From NCBI GenBank assembly GCA_000090985.2, contig CP001328.1, positions 306,318-338,317 on the forward strand: a DNA stretch of 32,000 bases. Reading direction: 5' to 3'. The translations under genes were made by a program, and so were the position numbers. Below the pieces are notes generated by a model. It saw only the letters and a program-made list of their open reading frames with translations. It did not search any database and was not told where the DNA came from. Below, in pieces: positions 1 to 8,858 of this stretch; the first letter of the stretch is position 1; each line of letters begins with the position of its first letter. Origin of the DNA: Micromonas sp. Taxonomy: Eukaryota.

Positions 1-152
1 TGCGGGCGCGAAAGCTGGACGCGTCGTTCGTCGGGCACGCCACCGGTGCGCTGCGATGAGACCTTTTATTCGTTCGAGCGTCGAGACTTTTATTAGCCGA
101 AAATAATTTGATAGCGTCGTTAGCCGCTCCCCGTCGATCCCCCCCGCGGTCG

Positions 153-1823
153 TCAACCGTCGATCCGGACGCCGGAGAGCTGCGTCCCCTCGCGAAGCGC
201 GGCGAGTCTCGCCCTCTTCCGCCTGCGCCACCTCCACGCCAACCACGCGACGGCCGCCGCGACAGCCGCCGCGAGCTCCCCGACCCGGACGAGCTCCCCG
301 CCAGCTGTGTCCCCGCCGCCCAACCCGACGACCGCGCCGCCAGCTGTGTCGCCGCCAAAACCCGCCGATCCCGGCTTCGGGTTCGGTCCGGGCCGCGCGT
401 CCCCATTACCTACCACCGCCGCCGCCCCGTGATCCCCGTCCCCGGCCACATCGTCCGCGTCCGCCGCGTCTTCCATCCTTCGGAGCGAGATGTCGAGTCG
501 CGCTCCCGCGTCCGCAGTCCTCGTCTGCGGATAATAACCCGGCGCGGACGCGGTCACCTCGTGCCTCCCCGGCGGCAGGAACCTCGCGTAGTACCCCGTG
601 CGCGTCGACGGCGTGAAACGGACGCCGTCGACGCCCGCGACGGCGAGGACGGCGCCACGCACGGGTTCGCCGGTGAGAGAATCCGTCACTTTTCCCGTCG
701 TCGATGTGGTCGCCACCGCCGTCGCGTACGCGATCATCGCCGGGGCGTGCTCGGTCCACAGCCGTACCAGCGACGACTCGTCCGGCCACTTGCGCTCGTT
801 CACCTCCACCGTGACGTCCATGGTCTGGGTCTTGAGATAGTGCCAGTCCTGCATCCCGCCCCACAGCGGGTACCACCGCGCGCCGTTAGTGATCCCCTCG
901 GGGAATTCCTCGTTGGCGGCGGTGGCCATCGTCGGATGCGCGCGCGCGTAAACCTTCGCCAGGCGCCTGAACGCGGCGTCGTCCGGGGACTTGGAGTATC
1001 CAGCCTTCCTGTTGCTCCCGCTGATGGCGTCGTACGGGTAGTTGGCCACGAGCGCGCCCTCGTGAAAGTTCAGCGCCGCGGTGGCGTTGACGCCCTCGCT
1101 GAATCGCATCATCGCCGCCGTCTCCGGTTGCCGAGCGTCGAACCTTGCCGGCAACCCGGGTTCGTTGAACTGATCGGGGAAATCGCGGTTCAGGTCCACG
1201 GATGCGGCGTTGTTCCTGCGCTTGGCGCTGAAGCCGTCGGGGTTCATCGTCGGCACGAGGAACACCCTCGCGCGTCTCGCGACGACGGCGGCTTCGTCGA
1301 GCAATTTCGCGGATGCCTCGTCCAACGGATCCTTGTCGAGCCCTCCCTCGCCCTCGCCGGTGCCGTCGCCCCCCGCCGATCGCTGCCGCCGCTCGTGCGC
1401 GATGCACAGGAGCCTGGCGAATCGTATGATGAGCTCGCGTCCCACGGGCTCGTCGCCGTGCATGTTGCCGACGAGCATGATCCCGGGTTTGGTCTGCTCG
1501 ACGCCCGGCTGGGTGGACACCTCCATGGCGCGCATCTCCACGCCCCTCACGCTCGTGCCGATCGTGGTCAACTTCGAAATCCCGGCGCACGGCCCGGCGT
1601 GCAAGGCGTCCATCGCGTTCGCTAGCTCTTCGTTGGACCGGTACCTCCACTCGCTCCACGATCCCTTCGCGTCGCCCCCCGTCGCCTTCGCGCTCTCGTC
1701 GTCGGCGAGACGGCGGTGCGTCACGGGCGCGAGCGAGCCGCGCGACGTGGCGTCGACGCGCGCGGCGAGGACCAGAACGCACCACAGCGCCGCCCAGACG
1801 CCACGAACACCCATGAACACCAT
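153..1823 (-). CDS. Zinc carboxypeptidase, peptidase M14 N/E subfamily (carboxypeptidase D / plant SOL1-like), with signal peptide and C-terminal membrane anchor
   Basis: 556-aa ORF with ATG at 1823. N-terminal hydrophobic signal (VWAALWCVLVLAARVDA). M14 motifs present: NMHGDEPVGRE (Zn ligands), MNPDGF, NFHEGALVANYPYD. A carboxypeptidase-regulatory/transthyretin-like beta-sandwich follows (GKVTDSLTGEPVRGAVLAV...GYYARFLPPGRHEVTASAPGY), typical of the N/E subfamily. C-terminal TM plus basic tail (LAAAVAAAVAWLAWRWRRRKR). Codons are GC3-rich on this strand. Confidence 0.85.
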   Translation of the reverse strand: MVFMGVRGVWAALWCVLVLAARVDATSRGSLAPVTHRRLADDESAKATGGDAKGSWSEWRYRSNEELANAMDALHAGPCAGISKLTTIGTSVRGVEMRAMEVSTQPGVEQTKPGIMLVGNMHGDEPVGRELIIRFARLLCIAHERRQRSAGGDGTGEGEGGLDKDPLDEASAKLLDEAAVVARRARVFLVPTMNPDGFSAKRRNNAASVDLNRDFPDQFNEPGLPARFDARQPETAAMMRFSEGVNATAALNFHEGALVANYPYDAISGSNRKAGYSKSPDDAAFRRLAKVYARAHPTMATAANEEFPEGITNGARWYPLWGGMQDWHYLKTQTMDVTVEVNERKWPDESSLVRLWTEHAPAMIAYATAVATTSTTGKVTDSLTGEPVRGAVLAVAGVDGVRFTPSTRTGYYARFLPPGRHEVTASAPGYYPQTRTADAGARLDISLRRMEDAADADDVAGDGDHGAAAVVGNGDARPGPNPKPGSAGFGGDTAGGAVVGLGGGDTAGGELVRVGELAAAVAAAVAWLAWRWRRRKRARLAALREGTQLSGVRIDG

Positions 1824-2267
1824 CTCCCCCCCCCTATCTCTCCTCGTCTCTGCGCCACCTTCTCTCGGATAGTCGGAGCGAGGCGCTTCGGGGTGCCAAA
1901 ACCGTCAGGGCGTCAGTTAGGTCATTATAGGTTATGGGACTGGTCATCGAGGAAAATTTTAACTCGTCGATTCTCGAGTTAATCGTCCAAATCCACCGCC
2001 GTCGGATCCATCGGAGGTTCACGAACAGGCAAACGGGGGAACAACGTTTGAGCGTCGGAATAATCCGCGACCGTTTGCGAAAAGCCGTGACACAAAAAAC
2101 GGAAGACCTCACGCGCGGCGCCCGCTACTGCGCACGACGCACGCACGGGGAGGCGCCGACGAACGCGCGGGACCGAGCGGCGTCTAGCTGAGCTCGAAAT
2201 CCTCTCGTCGCGCGAGCGAACCCCCGCGAGGTTGATTCCCGCGTCGACCCCGGCCGACGCCCGGTCG

Positions 2268-5138
2268 ATGGCCCCGCCCTTCTCGCCCCACCTGACCGCC
2301 GGCATCGGAGGCTCGGTCGCCGCGACGCCCGGGATGTACGGGAACAAGGAGAACGCCGTGCCGCCCGCGTCCGGGGCGAAGGAGCACGTCACCTTCGCGC
2401 CGACCCCCGCGGGCGACATCAAGACCGGCGCGGAGAGCGTCCAGCAGGTGCGCCGCGCGTCCGCGCCCCGCGCGTCCCACGCACCCGCGAGGGGTACCCG
2501 CACGATGCGAGGAGAGGAACGCAATCTCGCTCGCATCTCGCCTCGCCCCTTCGCCGCTCCCGTCATCCGCCGTATCGACGCTGACCCGAACCCGCTCAAC
2601 CCGATATCGCAGCGACTGGAGCGCATGCGGGAGCGCGTCGCCAACCTCAAGACCCCGATGCGCGCCACAGCCGGCGGGTCGGGCGACGACGCGAACACCG
2701 CCACCTTACCCCGCGGCGTCACCTTCGCGCCCGGCGTCGGGGGCACCCCGCTCGTGGGAACCGGCTACGCCATGACCCCCGGCAACTCCGTCGCCGCGAG
2801 GATCACGCACAAGACCCCGGCGCCGATGCCCCAGGGAGGAACCGGCGGGAACAAGCGCAGGGCGTCCGTGGAGTCGCTGCTCTCCGAGTACCTCCGATCC
2901 TCCGGCGTCACCCCTCCTCACTCGCGCTCCGAACGCGCCGCTCGCGTCGACTCGCTCAGGGAGAACGCCAACAGCGCTCAGCACTGGTGCGAGTTCCTCG
3001 AGGCGGAGGAGATGGCGCTCGGCGAGGAGACCAAGGGCGTGGGCGCCCCCGCGGGGAGGAACGGCGTCTCCCTCTTTCGATTGTACGAGCACGCCACCAG
3101 GACGCTTCCCCAGGTGAGCCGCAATGCGCCGTTTGAGACGCAGGGCTATTACCTTCGCCTCTACCTGGGACTCGCCAGACAGCAGATGGTGTCCAACATG
3201 GACGACGCGAGGGATACGTTCAAGTACCTCAAGTCCGAGGGGTTCTGGCAGAGGCACGGCATGTACTGGACCGAGTGGGCGGCGTTTGGCCACCAGTACA
3301 AGGGCGAGGAGAAGGCGCTGAAGATCCTCGCCAAGGGACTGAACGCCGACCCGGAGCCGAGGTGCATCGTGGAGGAGATGAAGGAGGCCATCGAGCAGGG
3401 GCGGTACGGCGTGCCCGTCGCCCACGAGCGCGTGCACCCGAACCCACGTGCCGAACCTAAACCGCCAACCGCCGTTCAGCCAGACCGAGAGCGCGACGCC
3501 ACCGAAGCTCGCGAACGGTTCCAACGGGAGATTGCAGAGCGCCAGCTTCGATACCAATCAGCGCCGGGTTTCGCGGCGTCGGCCATCGTCGACGACGCCA
3601 CCGTCGCCGTGCCCTCGGTGCCGAACGGCGAGACGCGACAGGCGCACGCGGGTCAAGGGCGGCTGGCGGGGACCCAGCCGGCGGCGGAGGAGGAGGAGGC
3701 GACGGTTGCGGTTGCGTACACGCCAAACACGGCGGCGGCGGTGGCGCGGGTCAAGGCGGCCGCCGCGAGCGCCCAGCCGCAGCCCCAGCCGATGACGGAA
3801 CCGGCGTCGTCCGCGGCGGTCGCCGCGAACCCGCTCCCCGCGGCTGCGCCCGACGCCGCCGCCGCCGCGGCTAAGGTGGCGGAGGAGAAGAAGAAATCCC
3901 GACCGAGGGTTCGCGAAAATTCCGAGATGGTCGTCGTCCGCGGCGTCAAGTACCTGAAGCTCGAGTGCGTCGGCCAGGGCGGCACGTGCAAGGTGTACAA
4001 GGTGCTCTGCCCCAAGCGCAAGACGTACGCGCTCAAGCGCATCCGTCTGCAGGGCCGCGAGAAGGAGACCATCGCGGGGTTCATGGATGAGATTCGATTG
4101 CTCCAATCGCTGCGCGGGAAGGATAACATCATCCAGCTCGTCGACGCCGAGGTTTGCAAGACGGAGGGTCTCATCTACGTCGTCCTCGAGTACGGCGAGA
4201 TCGACCTCGCGCGTTTGCTGTCCAAGCGCGAGAAGCAGGCGAGGGCCAAGGGTAAGGGGGGCGCGAACGGCCAGAGCAACGCCGGGATGATCGACGATAA
4301 CTTCCTTCGGCTCTACTTTGAGCAGATGGTGGAAGCCGTCGGCACCATCCACGAGCTCAAGATCGTCCACTCGGATCTCAAACCCGCGAACTTCCTGTTC
4401 GTCGAGGGCGCACTCAAGCTGATCGACTTTGGAATCGCGAAGCAGGACACCAGCAAGACGGACACCACGAACATCGTGCGCGACCACCAGGTGGGAACCG
4501 TAAACTACATGTCCCCGGAGGCGATTCTCAACGGGCAGCCGAGCGCGCTGGGCGGGCCGCTTAAAGTCGGCCGGGCCTCCGACATCTGGTCGCTGGGGTG
4601 CATCCTCTACCAGATGGTCTACGGCCAGACGCCGTTCGCGAGGATCACCGGAATGATTCCCAAGCTGCACGCCATCACCGATCCGAAGCACGAGATTCCG
4701 ATGCCGCCGGTGGCTAACCCGCACCTCACGGCGCTCATCAGCGCGTGCCTGGAGCGACATCCGCACCGACGCATCACCATCGCGGAAATTCTCAAGCACC
4801 CGTTCCTGCGCCCGGCGGCGGCGGCGACGCCCGCGAGCAAGGGCAGCGGCGGCGCGGAGGAACCGGCGTCCCCGGCGCAGAGCGGACTGAGCGCGCAGCA
4901 GCTGCAGGGGCTCCTGGAGCAGATTCAGAAGCACGGCGCAAACGTAGACGTCGGCGCGGTGACGCAGGAGGTGTTTAGGCAGATTGCGACGGGGGAGAGC
5001 AACGTGAGCATCTCGCCGCTGCTGCGCAAGCACGCCAAGGGGGGTGGAGAGAAGAAGGGAGAGGAGGGAAGGGGGAACGTCGGGGCGGAGAGCGTGGCGG
5101 CCGGGGTTGGGGCGATTGATCTCAACGCCGCGCAATGA
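2268..5138 (+). CDS. MPS1: Spindle-checkpoint dual-specificity protein kinase Mps1/TTK
   Basis: The ORF-track start at 2232 is TTG; the first ATG is 2268 (MAPPFSPH). C-terminal kinase domain at about 3940-4810: GQGGTCKVYKV (Gly loop), YALKRI (catalytic Lys), IVHSDLKPANFL, LIDFGIAK (DFG), VGTVNYMSPEA (APE). This combination is typical of TTK/Mps1. N-terminal Mad3/Bub1-like TPR region (YLRLYLGLARQQ...GMYWTEWAAFGHQYKGEEKALKILAKGL). Single exon. Confidence 0.85.
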   Translation: MAPPFSPHLTAGIGGSVAATPGMYGNKENAVPPASGAKEHVTFAPTPAGDIKTGAESVQQVRRASAPRASHAPARGTRTMRGEERNLARISPRPFAAPVIRRIDADPNPLNPISQRLERMRERVANLKTPMRATAGGSGDDANTATLPRGVTFAPGVGGTPLVGTGYAMTPGNSVAARITHKTPAPMPQGGTGGNKRRASVESLLSEYLRSSGVTPPHSRSERAARVDSLRENANSAQHWCEFLEAEEMALGEETKGVGAPAGRNGVSLFRLYEHATRTLPQVSRNAPFETQGYYLRLYLGLARQQMVSNMDDARDTFKYLKSEGFWQRHGMYWTEWAAFGHQYKGEEKALKILAKGLNADPEPRCIVEEMKEAIEQGRYGVPVAHERVHPNPRAEPKPPTAVQPDRERDATEARERFQREIAERQLRYQSAPGFAASAIVDDATVAVPSVPNGETRQAHAGQGRLAGTQPAAEEEEATVAVAYTPNTAAAVARVKAAAASAQPQPQPMTEPASSAAVAANPLPAAAPDAAAAAAKVAEEKKKSRPRVRENSEMVVVRGVKYLKLECVGQGGTCKVYKVLCPKRKTYALKRIRLQGREKETIAGFMDEIRLLQSLRGKDNIIQLVDAEVCKTEGLIYVVLEYGEIDLARLLSKREKQARAKGKGGANGQSNAGMIDDNFLRLYFEQMVEAVGTIHELKIVHSDLKPANFLFVEGALKLIDFGIAKQDTSKTDTTNIVRDHQVGTVNYMSPEAILNGQPSALGGPLKVGRASDIWSLGCILYQMVYGQTPFARITGMIPKLHAITDPKHEIPMPPVANPHLTALISACLERHPHRRITIAEILKHPFLRPAAAATPASKGSGGAEEPASPAQSGLSAQQLQGLLEQIQKHGANVDVGAVTQEVFRQIATGESNVSISPLLRKHAKGGGEKKGEEGRGNVGAESVAAGVGAIDLNAAQ

Positions 5139-5167
5139 TTGGAATTTGTTTTTCGACAGGGGCGTTT

Positions 5168-5181
5168 GGGGGGGGGGGGGG
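5168..5181. repeat. G14 homopolymer (C14 on minus strand) in the 152-bp convergent 3-prime spacer
   Basis: Read directly: tttgggggggggggggaac. Lies 30 nt after the Mps1 stop codon. Confidence 0.95.
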
Positions 5182-5290
5182 AACACGACGTAGTAGGACG
5201 ACACGATGACGTCCCCTCGCGAACGGAGAGGACGTTTTCAATTCAAACGCCAGTTACCAACACGACGCGCCTCGGTGTACACCTCGAAAC

Positions 5291-5950
5291 TCACGACGCG
5301 TCGAGGGGCCTGAACACCATCACCCGCGTGAAGTACTCCTTGCTGCTGATCTTCTCACCCGCGGATCCGTCCGGCATCCTCGGCGTGAACGACCTGTCCA
5401 CCACCATCTCGTTCCCGTCCTTACTCAGCGTCCGCTGCGTCGTCTCCCATCCCAGCGGCGTGGCGCTCTCGGTCAGGTGCACCGGTCCGAGGTGCGGAAT
5501 CTCGTTGTACGTCGTGTTGCGGTACACCACGCCGGGCTCGGCGCCGAAGAGTTCGCTCGATCCCTTGAACTCCTCCTCCCACTCGCCGATGGGGTAGACG
5601 AGCGATCGGACCCCGCGTCCGGTTCCCGGGTCCGTCAGCACCAGAAACTCGCCCTCCTCCGCGCCGGTCTCGCGCCACTCCTGCTCGTACGGCGCCGCCG
5701 CGCGCTCGGCCGCCTTGGCGACGTCGAGGCCGTGCGACGCGAGGTACGCCTCCGCGTTGACGCTGCGCGATCCGTCGCGGGTCCATCGCCCCACGAACGA
5801 CGCGTCGGTCGACGTCGCAGATGCCATGACGACGATGTCGCGACGATGGCGTGTGGCGTTGGGACGAGCCGCGCGGGAACGGGTCGGGACGAGCGCGACG
5901 ACACGCGCGGCGAGGCTCATCTCCCCCCTCCAAAAAGTGGTCCAGACCAT
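5291..5950 (-). CDS. Hypothetical protein with organelle-type presequence; possible FABP/lipocalin-like (calycin) fold
   Basis: 219-aa ORF with GC3-rich codons. Two candidate ATGs: 5950 (MVWTTFW) and 5920 (MSLAARVVALVPTRSRAARP, which looks like a transit peptide). After the presequence, FVGRWTRDGSRSVNAEAYLASHGLDVAKAAERAA resembles the N-terminal signature of intracellular lipid-binding proteins (F.G.W......N.d.yl...G). The fold assignment is pattern recognition only. Confidence 0.6.
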   Translation of the reverse strand: MVWTTFWRGEMSLAARVVALVPTRSRAARPNATRHRRDIVVMASATSTDASFVGRWTRDGSRSVNAEAYLASHGLDVAKAAERAAAPYEQEWRETGAEEGEFLVLTDPGTGRGVRSLVYPIGEWEEEFKGSSELFGAEPGVVYRNTTYNEIPHLGPVHLTESATPLGWETTQRTLSKDGNEMVVDRSFTPRMPDGSAGEKISSKEYFTRVMVFRPLDAS

Positions 5951-6038
5951 CGCGCGGATATCACTGTTCCCTTTCTGTTATCCAATCGGCGCCCGATCGT
6001 GGCTGGCGCCACACCTCGAGCCACGCAGCACGAACACC

Positions 6039-6844
6039 ATGTCCGCTTTCACCCTCTCCGCCTCCCACGCCGTCGCCAAGACCGCCGGTCTCCGCGCCAA
6101 GACCCAGGTGCGAACCCCCCGAACCCTCGGGCGATGCCCCGAGACCCCGACCCGCCCCGCCCAGGATCGATCGCCCGAAGAAGAATGCCGAAACGACGCG
6201 GTTCCCCTTGTTACTCCGATCGAGGAGGGCCCGACGAATCGCGCCCCCACTGAGGCTGACCGACATCCCGAATTCCGCTCGAATCCCTGATGCCACACCA
6301 GGCCGGATCCGCCGTCCGCCGCGCCGTGACCACCAAGGCTGCCGTCAAGGTTGGCGACAAGGCGCCGGACTTCGCCCTCATGGGTGAGGGCTTCGAGGTC
6401 ACCAAGCTCTCTGATCTCAAGGGCAGCAAGGTTGTCCTCGCCTTCTTCCCCGCCGCCTTCTCCGGCGACGCCGACGGCGGATGCCAGTGCCAGCTCCAGG
6501 CCCTCCAGTCCATCGCCAAGACTGACGGCGTCAAGGTCCTCGGCATTTGCAAGGACCAGCCCTTCGCCATGGGCGCCTGGAAGCAGGTCCAGGGCATCGA
6601 CTGCCTCTCCGACTGGTCCCTGAAGACCTGCGAGGCGTACGTGGGCACCCTCGACTTTGGCGAGTTCCTCGACGGCCTCGACGTGTCCACCGACTTCAAG
6701 GGGTACATGGCGTCCAGGCGCGGCTGCGTGGTGCTCGACGAGGACCAGAAGGTGATCTACTCGTGGAACGGCATGCCCGACCAGCTCCCGGACACCACCG
6801 AGATCCAGGCCGCGCTCGGCATCGGCAAGACCGACTTCGCGTGA
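6039..6844 (+). CDS. Peroxiredoxin-like thioredoxin-fold protein (AhpC/TSA-Redoxin family), atypical CxC active-site region; model join(6039..6107,6302..6844)
   Basis: Exon 2 ORF shows VKVGDKAPDFAL...KGSKVVLAFFPAAFSGDADGGCQCQ...GVKVLGICKDQPFAMGAWKQ. The last segment matches the type II/Prx5 ND.FVM.AW pattern. Candidate exon 1 (ATG 6039, MSAFTLSASHAVAKTAGLRAKTQ) ends at CAG|GTGCGA. The acceptor is CAG at 6299-6301 and CTGAC lies about 45 nt upstream. The junction is phase 0 and in frame. The alternative single-exon start is ATG 6290, inside the proposed intron. Confidence 0.6.
6108..6301 (+). other. Predicted spliceosomal intron (194 nt) of the peroxiredoxin-like gene
   Basis: GTGCGA donor, CTGAC branch-like site, CAG acceptor. 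Restores the frame between a presequence-like exon and the Prx ORF. No homology support for exon 1. Confidence 0.5.
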
Positions 6845-7025
6845 GCGTCGGGAGCGCCCCGAGCGTCCGCTCGAGACGACGAAGGTTATGTTTTTAAATG
6901 AGCAAGTGAGTGATGCAAGGGATGAGACGTCGTCGTCGTTCGATGCACTTCGCTTCTTTCATGACAACGGGAGTACACACAAAACAAGCCGGGGAAAACA
7001 AAACATCCCCGGAATCGAATCCGCC

Positions 7026-8744
7026 TCAATCCGCCTTTCGCTTCCGCCGAACGCGGCCAACCTCCCTCCACAGCCACCACAACGCGAGCGACGTCCCCGC
7101 GGGTCCCGCCAGCGCCACCCCGACCAGCATCACCGGCAACCTCCACGTCTGCGCCGCCGTCAACGAAGACTCGCCCCGACACTCCGCACGCGATCGGCTC
7201 ACCGACGCGCCCCGAGCGCCGTACTCGGCCCACTCGCCCTCGAGCGCGGAGAACGGCACCGTCTTCGACAGCTTGACGCCCCCGTCGACGCCGCGGATGC
7301 GAAGCGAGACGGTCGGCTCCCGAGCGGCGGCGCGCGGCGCGCGTCCGACCCTCGACGACGAGGAGGAGGAGGAGGAGGAGGAGGACACGTCGTCGCGAAG
7401 AAAGTCGCGCTCAGACGCGGGCGATCGGTTGGCGGGAGGGGACGCGTCGACGGCGGCGTCGAACGCGTCGTCATCGACACCCCCCTCGGCACCCCCCTCG
7501 GCATCCCCGTCCCAGTCGACGCCGAAGTCGACGACCACCTCGCCGAAGTTGTACCCGACGTATCGACGCCGGCGAAGGTTACCCACGTCGGGGAAGAGCC
7601 ACGGCGGCAGGTACTCCATCCCCCACGTCGAGTGCCTCGCCAGCCGTCTCAGGAACTTCGTCGGGAGCTCCTCCAGCACCCCGTGCGTCATGCCGCTGCT
7701 GGTAATCTCGACGAGCTCGGACGGCAGGTCGCACCCCGCGGGTGACCCGCCAATCTCCGAGTGATGGACGTCTCCGGAGAGGACGACGGCTCGCGTCCGA
7801 ACGTTAGCCGCGGCGACGAGGTCGAACAGCCGGCGACGCTCCGCCGGGTAGTCGTTCCACGACTCGATGTCCATGCCGATCCCCATCTTCGCGAGCAGCT
7901 CCTGGGTGTGCGCGTGGACCTGCACGGAGCTTCCCACGATCGTCACGTCCACCGGGTCGCAGTCGGTGTTTTCGTTCATCTCCGCGCCGTCAAACACCAC
8001 GCAGCCGCCCCGCGGTTCCGAGCTCGGACGTCCCTCGTCGTCGCCGTCGTAGTAGTCCTCGGCACCCTCGGCACCCCCCTCGGCACCCTCGGCACCCGTC
8101 CTCCTCCCGAGCATCAGCCGCTCGAACCACTCCCACTGCTCGTCGCCGAGCAACGTCCCGTCTTTTGCGCTCGCGTGAAACCTCGCGTCGAGTAAGATGA
8201 GCCGGGCGCTGCCCGTTTGGGACGCGCCCAAGCCCCTGAACGTGTACGCCTCGTACACCCCCGCGCGTGTTCGGCGCGGGGACCCAAGTGGTTCGCCGAG
8301 GAAATCCAGGAATAAGCGCTGCGCGAATTCCTTCTCCCTCCACTCCGCTCCCGCGTTGTTGAAGCCGTAGTCGTGGTCGTCCCACGTTCCGAGGATGCGC
8401 GTCTCGGCTCGTAGGGCGGCGTACTCGGGGTGCTCGTTCTGCGTCGCGTAGGCGTCGCGGTGAAAGGCGCGGCCTCCGTAGCGCCGGACGTTATCGACCT
8501 TGCCGTCGGCGTAGATGGCGTCGCCGAGCCACACCCAAGCGTCCGCGGAGAGGGAACGGACCGCGGGCCACAGGTCCTGCGCGCGGTCGTGGCGGTTGCA
8601 CGAGCCGAAGGCGATGCGCAAGTCGCCGCGGTAGTGCTCGTCCGCGGCGGTTTCTCGCGCGCTGTCGTGGCCTGTGACGTCCCACAAGTCCCCGCGCGAG
8701 TACGCGACGAACGCGGCGAGCGCCAGGAGCCGGATGACGCCCAT
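7026..8744 (-). CDS. PhoD-like phosphatase (metallophosphatase/alkaline phosphatase D family), signal peptide and C-terminal TM anchor
   Basis: 572-aa ORF, ATG at 8744. Signal-like MGVIRLLALAAFVAYSRG. Motifs IAFGSCN, WVWLGDAIYAD, GTWDDHDYGFNNAG, ILLDARFH and VVLSGDVHHSEI. C-terminal TM (LPVMLVGVALAGPAGTSLALWWLW) plus basic tail. Low-complexity inserts (GAEGAEGGAEGAE; an 11-residue Ser run). Confidence 0.8.
   Translation of the reverse strand: MGVIRLLALAAFVAYSRGDLWDVTGHDSARETAADEHYRGDLRIAFGSCNRHDRAQDLWPAVRSLSADAWVWLGDAIYADGKVDNVRRYGGRAFHRDAYATQNEHPEYAALRAETRILGTWDDHDYGFNNAGAEWREKEFAQRLFLDFLGEPLGSPRRTRAGVYEAYTFRGLGASQTGSARLILLDARFHASAKDGTLLGDEQWEWFERLMLGRRTGAEGAEGGAEGAEDYYDGDDEGRPSSEPRGGCVVFDGAEMNENTDCDPVDVTIVGSSVQVHAHTQELLAKMGIGMDIESWNDYPAERRRLFDLVAAANVRTRAVVLSGDVHHSEIGGSPAGCDLPSELVEITSSGMTHGVLEELPTKFLRRLARHSTWGMEYLPPWLFPDVGNLRRRRYVGYNFGEVVVDFGVDWDGDAEGGAEGGVDDDAFDAAVDASPPANRSPASERDFLRDDVSSSSSSSSSSSRVGRAPRAAAREPTVSLRIRGVDGGVKLSKTVPFSALEGEWAEYGARGASVSRSRAECRGESSLTAAQTWRLPVMLVGVALAGPAGTSLALWWLWREVGRVRRKRKAD
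8058..8096 (-). repeat. In-frame coding microsatellite: 4 copies of GGTGCCGAG (coding strand) with periods 9/12/9, encoding GAEGAEGGAEGAE
   Basis: Plus strand reads ctcggcacc ctcggcacc ccc ctcggcacc ctcggcacc. A related copy pair lies at 7478-7508 in the same gene (DAEGGAEGG). Confidence 0.9.
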
Positions 8745-8784
8745 CTCCGCGACGTGGCCGACAGTTATTCTGTTTGCTCCGTCT

Positions 8785-8858
8785 CAAGATGCGCAAGATA
8801 CCAAGATGCGTTCGTAAAGGGTATCCAAAGGGTATCCAAAGGGTATCGCGGGGTATCC
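8785..8858. repeat. Two adjacent tandem arrays in the PhoD-like/eL31 divergent spacer: CAAGATRCG x3, then AAAGGGTATCC x4 (11-bp period)
   Basis: caagatgcg caagatac caagatgcg (8785-8810); aaagggtatcc aaagggtatcc aaagggtatcg cggggtatcc (8816-8858). Lies 41-114 nt upstream of the PhoD-like ATG (8744, minus strand). Confidence 0.9.

Noticed and set aside
2234-2241. E2F-like site ATTCCCGC (fits WTTSSCSS) about 30 nt upstream of the Mps1 ATG, attractive for a cell-cycle gene.
   Set aside because: By a rough base-composition estimate, a degenerate 8-mer like this is expected about once by chance in a spacer of this size in a GC-rich genome. A single copy is not evidence.
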